Positions 52,681 to 64,000 of a stretch of 64,000 nucleotides of DNA are shown one piece after another; position 1 is the first letter of the stretch, and each line of letters starts with the position of its first letter. Source of the stretch: Eutreptiella sp. 'Long Island Sound 2002'. Lineage: Eukaryota > Protista > Euglenida. The notes under the pieces are model-generated. The model was not told the origin of the DNA. It was given only the letters and a program-made list of their open reading frames with translations, and did not search any database. The stretch is taken from contig OZ038378.1 of NCBI GenBank assembly GCA_964036045.1, positions 79,608,001 through 79,672,000 on the forward strand, written 5' to 3'. The position numbers and the translations under genes are program-made.

Positions 52681-53211
52681 GGTCCGGTAAACAAGAACCT
52701 GAACCATGGGAAATCAAGCGGCGCTACCGTCTTCTTGAGAAAATACTCTTCCCCATGTGTCAACGTCTCAATACGTGTATTGCTCAACATAACCCACCCG
52801 ACTGGGAGAGAAACACAACTTCGCAAATTTCCCACTTCATTCAAACGCGCATCCTGCATGCATCGCAAGCCGTTTTTGGACACCCCGGAAACGTCGCTTG
52901 CACCCGCACTGTGGTCATCACATAGCAACGTGCTTTGAGGAATGTTCTTCTCAAAACCCCACGCTGGTGGTCTACACTGCGCTATGTTGTTACGTTCTTA
53001 CAATTGCCGGAACAATATGGTCGGCCTGGCGAGTCATTGGCCTAGAGGGGCAGTTAGGTGCAGTCCCTCTTCGGCAGGGATCAGAGCCACCTTGTGGGTC
53101 ATCCTACTCGGTGATCTGCCGTAAAGCATATTCACAAGCCTTGCACCCCAAGTATGTCATTTTAGTGTCCGTTTCCCCCCATTTACACGCACGTATTGTT
53201 CTGTACCAAAT

Positions 53212-54160
53212 GTGTCAACGTCACTTATGGATCCCACCTACTTGACACCGGAACGAATGCATCACATCATGGCGTGGAAATCACCTAGCACACCGTTCCA
53301 CATTGCGTTGGTGTCCCTTTCCGCCCTGCGCGCGTCCCTATCTGCCACGTTTTGGACAACTCGGCATCGTGATCTTATTGAGCGGCCCATGGTCGCTCTC
53401 CTAAGGGATGACCATATGTCCATCTTGGCGTATTTCCATAATCGCCTTTTATCAGGCTGTAAAGTTGAAACTCTTCACTTTGGGTGCTTCACCCTCCTTC
53501 CAAAGAAAAGCCCACATGTGGTGGTTGGGAACGGGTGCCCATTGTCAAACCTTTCGGTCATTTGGAAGCTGTTCTCTACGGTGATCACGAAAGCCCTACA
53601 AATTTGGCTGACAGACCACAACCACATTTCATGTACACAAAGGGCTATGCAACGCTCCACCTCCGTTGTCGGCCTGCTTCGTATGGTTTTTGGCTGGATA
53701 CAGCACCGACGGTGGCACGTGCTCTAGGTCTTTTCCCTTCTTGACGATGTTGTCCATGCGTTTGACTCAATGAGTCATGCGACCATGCGCCCCTCTCTCC
53801 TCTCCGCGGTCTGGCATCCCTCTCTCGCTCACCTCATCCTGCACGCTGTCCAGCATCTGACCTTGCACATGCGGGGGCACCAAGGGGTTCGTCTCTTTCG
53901 GGCCATGTACGAGGCGGACAGGGCCCAAGGCGACCCCATTTTAGCTCTCCTCTGCTGTTTAGTGAACGAAGTCAGGGTACAACTAGCGCTGCCATCAACT
54001 TGCCTAACGGACACTCCTGGTGGATCTTTGAGAAATTTAGGTTGGATCGATGACTTTTCATGGATACGTACGTTGCACAGCGTCATTCAGCGTGTACCTT
54101 CCCGTCTGCCCATGCCCGGCATCCTCAGAAATCTCTTTCCGGATGCCACAAAACCCATCG
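53212..54160 (+). pseudogene. Non-LTR reverse transcriptase domain
   Basis: FTLLPKK, CPLSNLSVIWKLFS, LLDDVVHAFDSMSH, RAQGDPILALL, NLGWIDDFSW; one TAG at 53725-53727. Confidence 0.9.
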
Positions 54161-55063
54161 GGTTCGGCACCGCTTTACGGAGCGAGCGAGTCATCTTTGC
54201 CGTCAATTCATCCACTTCTCCGTATGCCACTGCGCATGCCGGAAGAGGAGGAGTTCAATCGGCTCCTGGGCAGGCACGCACCGCCCCATGTCTTCCACCG
54301 ACAGGACCTCCAGCAACTCATGGCATCCGGTCGTCGAGCAGTTGCACCTGTTTCTATGGGCTCCCTGCCCGCCAATTATCCGATACACATGTATAATGCC
54401 GTGGCTGGCGGCATTCAAAGGTGGAGTTCTGCTGTTTGTCCACCCCTACCTCATGCAATGCGATCGGCCAACTTGCCAGCGGCCTCCCTTCTGCGCAACT
54501 TTTGGAACATTAGCGCGGATCATCTCTTTGAGCTTTTTCTGCAACGTGTTACGTTTGGTTGGACTGGTCTGTCCAGTGCTTTACCTCCTATAGTGTTATC
54601 CTCCATGTCCTCGAACCAGCACCAACTAAACCGCCCCAACACACATCAAGGCATCTACCCGACACGGGCTTGTTCAAGCTCTCACCCGATTCCAATGGAA
54701 CATGCCCTGTCTACGACAAGGAGTTCTACATGGATGTCCGGCTAAAACGACGACCATTCCTTGTTTGTTACATGGTGCCACCGCTGTCCATTGACGTGTG
54801 TGTACCGCGTCATCACTTACACATGCCTCTACTTCACAGCCCCCTCTATAAGGCGACCTGCCAATGGCAAGTGCAGGATGCCCATCTTTGGATGACGGTG
54901 CCCTACCACGCTCAAGACCACGGCGCCCGTAGCGTGGCTTGCCCGTTTTAGTCCTACCCCCCTCCCGATCCTATTTTCGGACGACATATCAGCGCTAACG
55001 CCTCATGTTCCTTCCGGACTTCTCCTTGGCCCCCTCCGATGCTCTCTTTTTTCAAGATGCATC

Positions 55064-55800
55064 TTGGTTGCTAACAGGCGACCCACTGGGGGTGCTGTAG
55101 CTGTTTTATATGTGCACACGGGTGATTACACCTTACCCCGCATTCCCATCCCCATTTTCTACGACAACGCATACCAAGCTGAGTTGTATGTTGCCGGGGC
55201 AGTCCTGCGTGCCCGGGTTGGCGCAAGCTTGTACACATGCGATGAAAGGTGGTCCCTCACGGATTCCAGCTTTTATATCACGGCGCTTGGGTCGGGGTAC
55301 GATGGCGCTTCCCCTTTGGTTGCATCGCTTTTAACTGCGTGCCGCGCCTTGATCCAACACACCGCCTCACCTCGGCACCTATGCTGCCACCTCAGAGGCA
55401 CATTTTTGGACCGCCTGATGGATGCTGTCGATTGCTTAGCAGGGGAAGTGGGGCTATCCCGAATCCCCCCATATGGATGGATATCCGAGCTCGAGCAGCT
55501 TCGGTTCTTTTCACGCACAATAATCGACAAGTGCAAGATTTCCGAGCTTTCTTAGTCAAAAAGATTCTTGTCTGTGTACTGCCCAGCCTGAGTGTTCCGT
55601 ATTGTCCCCCCTCTACCAATCTACTTCTGTCTGAACGAGTTGTTATGTCCCGTTCCATTAAGTGGGATATTCCCCTACAGGTATTTGCCATCAGACAGGG
55701 CCTGTACGCACCCTCCGCATCTGCCACTTGCTGCATGTGTGGAGGCACAGTCACCGCGCGCCACAATACTCGAGAGTGCCCGCCTTGGGATTTCTTCTGA
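55064..55800 (+). pseudogene. RNase H-like domain plus CCHC finger of the plus-strand LINE
   Basis: NAYQAELYVAG, SLTDSSFYI, CHLRGTFLDRLMDAVD; then CCMCGGTVTARHNTRECP. Confidence 0.65.
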
Positions 55801-57639
55801 TTTGCTATACACACCGAAATCTCTTTGGCCATTTCCGACATTGTGCCACAGTGGTCTGTTAGTTGTGTTCCACTGTCAAGTATTTTGATTTGCTACCAAA
55901 ATTCTTTGTTTTGCATCATTCTTGGTCCCGCAACTTCGGCACGTCCTTTGGCATATCCCTGTCCTAATGGGGGTTTCTTTGGTGAAGTCACAACCGCAGA
56001 TGAGAACCTTCTGCTCGGTAGGGGTATCACACGCAGCATGTTGCGTCATACATTAGGTTTTGTGTTACATGCTACAGTTGTCATTCATTTCGGGCACCCC
56101 TTGCCTTCCTTCCCGTCAACGCTCGACCACCGTGCCCAGATCTGGGGCAATGAAAAAAATTTTTTTTTGGATTCAATCCAATCCAGAGGGGCATTTGCCT
56201 TCAGCCTGGTCCTTTTCAGCCCCTGGGGCCATACCATGGCCACACCCCGCATTGCTGCATTGGGTGGTTACCGTCTTTGCGATGTCGTTTGCTGTACCGC
56301 ACTTTATCACATGCGGGCGTAATCACCCAAGGTCCTCCCACACCGTCCTTCTACTGATTTTTCGCTACCCTCTTGCGAGGTCACACCCCAACCCCATTCT
56401 TTGCCCAGGTCCGCGAGTGCATTTTTGATCTTCACTGCCTCGATCCCCCCCCCCCTAGTCTCTTCATGGTCCCGGTGTTTGGTCTATGGAGTATGCAAAA
56501 TCCGAGTCGGCATCTCAGTCTATGGCTGGATACCAAGCTGCCCGTTGGTCACCGGCAAGCGGCGCTCCGGCTTGTTTGGCATGAGCTCTTTCCCTGGTGG
56601 GTGTCCCACCTCGGCATAGTTTTGCGAATATCACGGTGGCTTTTCTCCCGGTGCAGTTGCAGAAGCAGACAAAAGGGGCTACTGTGCTGGTTTAAATGAC
56701 ACTTGTTGCGTGTCTCATTGTGCTTGCTTTGTGCTCCTTTGCCTTTGTCTCGAGCATGCTCGCTACAATTGTTTTGTGACGGCCGTGCATCGCTACCTCG
56801 AACTTTTCAGCGTAATGTGCCGTACCCGAAGATTCATTCCACCACGATTTCCCCGCCGACGAATCATACCTTCAGCAATCAATACACTCAACACTAGACT
56901 CACATCAGTGTTGGACTGTTCCGCCCGTGGGGCCCACGTTAAATCCGTGGATACCCGATAGCCATGAGCAGTCCACACATCGTCACTAGTGGTGCAACGG
57001 TGGCCCCCCAACCCAAGGGGCACCGCTTGGCCGGTGCATATTCATCAACGTGTTAGGGGGAGTAACAAGGTTGCCCGTCCGTCCGTGCTCAAGCACTGGC
57101 CACGGCGGCGTAACAAGCATAAGGTGGTCCCCCCCCACCCCCCCAACACACAGTGCCGCCTACGCCCCCCCACCCCCAGGACAAAAGAGAGCACACCACA
57201 CCAAAGAACCTCTAGGGGCGGGACCCGGGACACTCCCCCGTGCGCCCTAGGCCATGCAATGACACGGCCGCGGGAACATTGCCCCATTAGGTCAATTGAT
57301 TGACCACACCTACTCCCGGACAGAAGCCTGTGCTGAACCCCCCCCCCCCCAAGCAGCCGGGCGGAGGCATCCTCCTATTCTGGCGCTAGTGGCGTCATGG
57401 GGTTGCCACAAGCTTGTGGTGAGGTTCGCCTTGCACCCCACGCTAAGCACACATCGGACGCCTACAACCTCATAGCGAGGCGTCAGTGGCGTTAGTGGAC
57501 GGCAAGAGACTGTTGTGAGGTGTTCTTGCAGTCGTTTACCCCCCCCTGCGTAGTGTCACGCCCCGCTCCTATGAAGCCCCACACTGCGCCCCATCGCGCC
57601 CCATTGTTTCCCGTCAATTTTTTGACCGTCGACATTAGT

Positions 57640-58858
57640 ATTGGCAAGTGAATATTTAATTTTCAGACCGGCTTTTGAAATATGAAGAATTAGCAGCTAA
57701 TATTAACCTTCAAGATTAAAAAATTATCGCAAAAATGAATTATGGCCCTCAATATCTCCTGCACTATTTTTTGCACCCACACAACCCATCACGTTGCTGC
57801 AATGCACCTCCACAACATCGCCACCCACACATGCAACAAGCCCACACACCACGGCACCAAACACCAAACCCACAGAGCATGGCCTAGTACACCGCAGCCC
57901 CACACAGCACAGTTCCATCCATTACAGCCCGGGAGACTACATCCCCACACACCACAGCCCCACTCAACATAGCCCCACACGCCACAGCCCCACAAACCAC
58001 AGTCGCACACACCAAACCCCTAGAACCCACAACCCCACACACGACCCCACACACGACAGGCCCCCACAACACAGCTGCACACAGCACAGACCTAGAAACC
58101 ACATCCCCACACACCACGGACCCACAGACCACAGCCCCCGACGCCACATCCCCAAACAACACACTACCACGGGGGGGGGGGGGGTTGGCATTGCAAACAA
58201 GCCTGACCTAGCCGCTTTATGGGCTTTGGGGCAATCTACACCCTACAACCCAGCCGCAATGCACATGTACACACCCACACGCGCACAAGCGCAGACACAC
58301 ACCAAGACACACATACCTCCAAGCTTTTTTGATTGGTCGTGCCTGCAAAAATCTTTTGACAAATATATCCAAAAAACCTGCAGAAAGAAAGGGGCGTACC
58401 CTGCCAAACCCAAACCTCAAGGGCAAGGGGAGGAAAGAAGAAGGATCAACGAGGTATTTGTTTGGGAGGGGACGGGTGTGTGGGGGTGCCAATATCATGG
58501 TGTGTGTGTGTGTGTGTGGGTGGGTGGGTGTGTGCAAAAAAAGGGGGTGGACATCCACTTTAGTAAGGCACAAGAATTATGCATGCCCCCTAGTATGGTT
58601 GGCCTGTTGTTGTGCATTTGTAGGGGAGGTTCATACGTGCGGCAGTGTATTAATTTTGCGCAGGTTGATATTGATGCCAGCGACTCATTAGTTTTTGATG
58701 TTTCAAATATTAAATGAAAAAATAAACTCTAAAACAAACCCGTGGACCATTTTAATGAGTTTTTCCATCCAAGCAGGTGAGACCCCCTCCCAACCCGTGG
58801 GTGAAAATGACACCCGATCCTGTAAGGCACCCCGTGGGGGTAAACTTTCTCCCGTCTA
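57640..58858 (-). repeat. Right arm of the about 1.1-kb imperfect inverted repeat
   Basis: Ends gggtgaaaatgacacccgatcctgtaaggcaccccgtggggg...TTTCTCCCGTCTA; diverged inverted copy of 46925-48060. Confidence 0.8.
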
Positions 58859-59039
58859 GACCCCTCACCCCCCCAAAGCTTTCCCTTTGGTTTGATGGAT
58901 GAATTTTTCACCCAAATATTAAACATATACACTTTAAAATAGGTCTCTAAGGTGAACACAACGTGGAGCCGCGCACGAGCGCGTTGTATGGCTACGCGGA
59001 CGCCCACCACGCGGGTGTAGCGCGAGTGGCTACACAATG

Positions 59040-59800
59040 GCGCGGTGCAGGGCGGTGAAGGGCCATGGGCGCGGCGTGGAAGTGCGTAGGGGTGCAGTGC
59101 GGGGCTGCGCAAGGGTCCAAAGCGTCTGACTGCCCAGGGGCGCACTGCGGGCCTTTGCCCGGACAGGGGCGTGCCGTGGGGCTGCGCAGGGGCACATTCT
59201 TTGGCCCCATAGAGGCGTAGCGGAGGGTTCCGCAGGGAAGTAGCAAAAAGGTGCATAGCGGTGCAACGTGGGGCGGAACCCGGGCGCAGAGTGGGGGTGC
59301 GCCGGGGGGGAAGCAAACGGTTGTACTAGGACGCAACGTGTCACCGTGTAGGGGCGCCGCCTAGCGCCGCAGAACGGTGCAATGTGGGGCTACGCACGAG
59401 CGCAGCGTAGTGTTGCGCAAAGTTGCGGTGCGTGGCTGCGCAGAAGCACACCATGGGGCCATGCATGGATATGAACAGGACGTGGAGCCGTGCAGGAGAG
59501 CGGTGTATGGCCGCGCTGACACGCACTGCGCGGCTACGCACGGGGGCAGTGCGTGTGGCTACGCATGGGTGCGGTGCACGGCAGCGAAGGGACACGGGCG
59601 CGGCTTTGGGCCGCGCGGGGGTGCAGTGCGGGGCTGCATAGACGCCCAAAGCGTGTGACTGCGCAGCGGCAGTGCGGGCCTGTGCAGGGACAAGCACGTG
59701 GCATGGGGCTCATCAAGGGCAGTGCAAGGCTCCGCAGGGGCGCAGCGTGCGGCTGCACAAGGGTGTAGCGCGGGGCTCCCCAAGGGAGCATCAAATACCT
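59040..59800 (+). repeat. Two diverged GC-rich direct repeats, period about 530 bp; the intervening block recurs inverted at about 62710-62890
   Basis: gggggtgcagtgcggggctgc...ccaaagcgt.tgactgc at ~59090 and ~59620; gtggggct.cgcacgagcgcagc...ggctgcgcagaagca at ~59385 is reverse-complemented at ~62740-62810. Confidence 0.75.
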
Positions 59801-61718
59801 GCGCTGGGGCGCATCGTTGGGCGGCACACGGGCGCAATGTGGGGCAGCGCAAGGGGCAAAGCAGACGGCTCCGTTGCGATGCAGCGTGTGACCGTGCAGG
59901 GGGGCAATGTGGCGCTTAAATGTATGTGCCTATAGTGTGTGTGCCTTTGGATCGTCGGACGGGGGGGTGTGGGGTTGTGGGTGTGGTGATGCAGTGTACA
60001 GGGATGGTCTTTGTTCAGTTGTGGTGTACGCTGTTGTGGTGTGTGTGGCTGTGGTGTGGTGGGCTGTGGGGTGTGGGGCACCTGGGGTGGGCCTGTGCTG
60101 TCTTGGGCAGCGGGGTGTGGGGCTATGGCGTGCTTGGCTGTGGTGTTTGGGGTTGTGGTGCCTCTGCCCGTTGCGTGTTGGGCTGTGGGGTGTGCAGCCA
60201 CGTGGTGTGGGGTTGTGGGATGCAGGGTGGTGGTGTGTGGGGCTGCGGTGTATGGGGATTCATGGGGGTGAGCCTGTGGGGTGTGGGTTTGTAGGGAGTG
60301 GGTGTCAAATGTGAAGGGCGTCGTATGTTGGGCAGCGGGGTGTGTTGCTATGGCGTGCCTGGCTGTAGTGTTTGGGGCTGTGGTGCTTGGGGTTGTGGGG
60401 CTTGGGGTTGTATGGTTTGGGGCTGTGGCATGTGGGGCCATGGACTGTGGGGCGGTGGCGTGTGGGGATGTGGTGTGTGGGGCAGTAGGGAGTGGGCCTG
60501 TGGTGTGTGGTATGCAATTGTGTGGCCGCCCTTCCACCTGTTGCATGTGCGAAAAAACCACGAAAAACCGAAAGTTCGGTTTTCGCCCCGTGGTATTAAT
60601 TTTTGGAAGTTAATATTATGGGGCCAAAGATTAATTAATATATCAAATATTAATCGTCGCCGGTGTTAATATTAGCCTACAAAAATTAACTCACCACTTC
60701 AAATATTAACTGGATCAAAAACATGCACAACAGAAAGTGAAACACGCCAGGGGGGAATGCATCACTGCTGTGGCACACCATTTGGGGACACGGGGGGGGG
60801 GGGGTTTGGTGGGCCGTTGGGGGGGGGGGGTTGCGTAACACGGGAACACCACACAGCACTATAACACAACCAAATTGGTTGGGGGGGGGGCTTTTGTGGG
60901 GGGTTACAGGACCTTTTGACCGAGATCCCAAGAAATTACACTCCCACACACCACAGCCGCAGAGATCACAACCCCACACACCACAACCCCAAACACCGCA
61001 GCCCCACACACCACACCACTAAAAACCACACCCCCACACATCATACCCCACACAAGGCACAATCCCAAGGAGGGGGGGGATTGGTAGTGCAAACAAAGCA
61101 TGAACCAGCCCCTTTGTCGGCTTTGGGGCGATCTACCACCTACAATGGGGCCACAATGCAGACACACACACCCAAACACACATACCTACCAGCTTTTTTG
61201 ATGGGTCCAGTGATCAAAACATTTTTCTTAAATCTCCAACAGACATGCAGAAAGAAAGGAGCATACCCTCCAAACGTTAACTACAAGGGCAGGGGGAGGA
61301 CAAAGGGAGGAGGTAGGAAGGATGTGTGTGGGAGGGGACGGGTGTGTGAGGGTGCCAATATCATTGTGTGTGTGTGTTTGTGTGCAGGTGTGTGTATGTT
61401 TCTTCCAATGCCATAGAAGAAAGCGTGCATGGATACTATATATTTTGTATGTGGTAGAGGCGACAATGGGGCGGCGCACAAGTAGGTGGTCACCCTGAAT
61501 GGCTAGCACACTACGTAAGTAGCGTGATGCCCACTAGAACCCTTTCCGGTCATCAATGTACTGCAAAACCTACGAAAAAAGGGGAATTAACCTTGGCATT
61601 AGTTTTTCGAGGTTAATATTAGATTAATTTTTTAGTCGGTGTTAATATCTGTGAAATATTAAGTATTCACCTCCAAAAATTACTTCAGAAACGAAAGCGA
61701 AACAAAACGACCATATAC

Positions 61719-62442
61719 CTGCACGTTCTTGGACCATATTGCCGCTAGCGCCACCATGTTCTTGTCCTTGCATACGCCCATCCAGTGACCCATAGGCAGG
61801 CCGGTGTTGGGTGCCGTGCAGCCTTGTTCGGGAGCCCAGTGGAGAGTTGGCTCCAACTTCCAGCCTCACGTTCCCCCGTCCCATCCCTTCACTTGACCGC
61901 TTCATGGACACCTCGAAGGAGTTGATCAGGCCGCTTGCGCTAGATCGACCCGTGTCCGTGGCGGATCCCCCCACAAGCGGCCGCTCTTGGCCATTGCAAT
62001 CGTGGGCCCGCTACATCCAATCGCTTCCACCAATTGTAGACACCATCCATTGGAAGCGGCCGCTCACTTTCCTCCTCCGTGGGGAAGCTGATGTGTGCGC
62101 GGGTCCCGTTGCGGCGGTGTACGCGCGCCCCCGGCTGGTCGTGAACTCCAACACATGCCGGAAGCCGCCCTTGGGGACATTCAAGTCCATAAGTAACCCG
62201 ATCAATTCGGGTGCGGGGAAGAGGACGGAGGCACATTGCTTCACGGCCTCTGTTTGCTTGTTGCGGATGAGCGGGAGTTGGGCAACCTCGGTGGCCTCGT
62301 ACCACCGGGCCTTGGCCAAAGGGGATGAGGTCACCCACTCACCAAGGAGTTGTGAGACCAAAGGGTCCCGCAAATTGTTGGCCGCACTCAAACGCGTGAG
62401 CGTCACACTAATCTTGAGAAGGGTGTCCCGAGAGAAAGGCAT
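61719..62442 (-). pseudogene. RGDAYP-family exon, copy 2, with an internal inversion of about 240 bp
   Basis: Flanks align to copy 1 in the same orientation while 61863-62103 aligns as the reverse complement; ends IWSKNVQ|GTATAT. Confidence 0.6.
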
Positions 62443-63114
62443 AACAAGAGCTACACAAGGGACAAAGGAGTTTGGGAGTAGGGTGAGTGGGGGACCGGAG
62501 AGGGATGTGTGGGGCTACATAACCACCTATAGGACTATTCAACCCTTGTAGCGACTCAAACACTTCAAGTGGGCATGGTGCCGGCACAAGCAAGGCGGTG
62601 CAAACGGGCCGAAATTGGGTTAATGTGTTAATATTTGCAAGGTTACTTTTGACACCCTTTCATATATTAAAAATTGAGATTAACCATATTGGTTCTAACG
62701 TAGGTCTCTAGCGCATGTGCTTGCATGGCCCAAGGTTATGCTTCTGCGCAGCCGCGCACCGCGCCCTTGCACAACACCATGCTGCGCTCGTGCGCAGCCC
62801 CACAATGAACTGTTCCGCAGCGCCAAGCGTCGACCCTACACGCTCACACGTTGCACCCCCACGCAGCCGTTAGCTTCGCCCCCGGCGTTCCTTGGTACAC
62901 GCTAGAGAACCCAATCTCGTTCTAGCCTAGAACGCTCTAGCTAGAACGTTCTAGCCTAGATTAGATCAATACTAGAAAGATATAATGTCTACCAACATAT
63001 CCCAATTTCTTCATTGTTCCGTGCATGCGTGCGTGCATGCTTGCTTGCTATTGTCCGTAGTGCATTGTTCCATGCTTCCTTCTTTCCCGCTTAGATATTG
63101 CACATTTCTTTGCA

Positions 63115-63881
63115 ATGAAACACCCCGCCACTACCCCCCTTGCTCCCTCCTCACCCGGGAACGATACTTCTCTCTTGTCCAAGGCACTACGGGAGTTGAG
63201 TGGGGCCTCAACCCTCAAGGATGAGCGGGTGGGCCATTACTTGGCCACGTGGGCGCTATCATGCCCCCTAGCACGGCGGCAATTCAACAACACCGTCCAA
63301 CATGTGAACTCCGCCACTTCTACCCAAACCACGGGTGAGGCATGCAGGGCCGCCGTTGAGGCATACGCCGCCTCCCTACTTCCCCCCACCGCCATGTGTG
63401 AACTAGTGCTCAACATGAGGGCCCCCAAGTCGTCGTGGAGGACCCTCTCGGAGCTCTACACGCTCCGTAAGTTGGAGTATCACCGCACCGTCCCTAGTGG
63501 CCCCTACTCCTGGCCAATTTGTACCGAGCGGGCTTTCCAAGCCCGTTGGAAGGAGTTGGTCGCCCCGGTGCAATTGGACAAGCCCGTTGCCACGGTGTTG
63601 CCCAAGGCCAACGGGATCCCATGGCCCTTCGCCTCATGGGTCACATACATCCTCTCCCGGCCGGGCTTGGTGCGGTCAATCACCGCACCTTCCCGTTGAC
63701 GTTCATCGTCCGGGGAGATGCCTACCCCGTGGCTGGGGGCAATTGGACCCAACTCACCATCTCCTTGGCCAACTTCGAGCGCTTGGCCCGCTCCCTAGCC
63801 GGCCTTTGGGTGTTGAGCATGGCCAATTGCGATGACAAGGCCATGGAGACCCTTGGGACGTTGTGGAAGAGCAATTGGGAG
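63115..63881 (+). pseudogene. RGDAYP-family exon, copy 3 (more diverged, at least one frameshift)
   Basis: LKDERVGHYLATWALSCPLA...WPFASWVTYI...LTFIVRGDAYPVAGGNWTQLTISL...LWKSNWE|GTAGTC. Confidence 0.6.
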
Positions 63882-64000
63882 GTAGTCCTCTCACCTAGTG
63901 CCTTTCACTCGTTCTAGTTTTCATCTACTCGGCCTCAAACACCGCTCGCTAGACGCTAGATTGGACTACACTAGAACGAAATTAACCACCCCTCATGTCT

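Larger units (their letters stand above)
50527..56900 (+). mobile_element. Decayed LINE with ORF1-like region, APE endonuclease, RT, RNase H and Zn finger
   Basis: Begins after a T-run at about 50515-50526, where homology to RGDAYP copy 2 has just ended; domains listed separately; 3' end approximate. Confidence 0.8.

Overview
Repeat-dense eukaryotic genomic DNA (GT-AG introns, microsatellites, long C/G runs; a euglenid-like protist is my guess from sequence style only). Most of the window is nested, decayed mobile DNA. It holds two homologous Academ/DUF6589-like transposase pseudogenes (about 6.1-8.4 kb and 15.9-19.5 kb, the second split by a 1.3-kb hAT derivative) and two Penelope-like RT relics. 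An 8.6-kb minus-strand non-LTR retrotransposon reads Ulp1/C48-like cysteine protease, RT, RNase H, CCHC finger, then a very long C-terminal extension and a (TATGAC)n tail. A second, plus-strand LINE has APE, RT, RNase H and a Zn finger (50.5-56.9 kb). Three diverged copies of an unknown transposase-like exon (RGDAYP.AGG.WTQL) end at the same GT donor position and sit in a foldback array of GT/AC-rich repeats with about 1.1-kb inverted ends. Host-gene remnants are few: three phase-compatible exons of a calcineurin-like metallophosphoesterase (24989-25872, +) and one Kelch-repeat exon (13208-13385, -). No rRNA, tRNA or CRISPR array was seen. Family assignments come from motif recognition by eye, and element boundaries are approximate.
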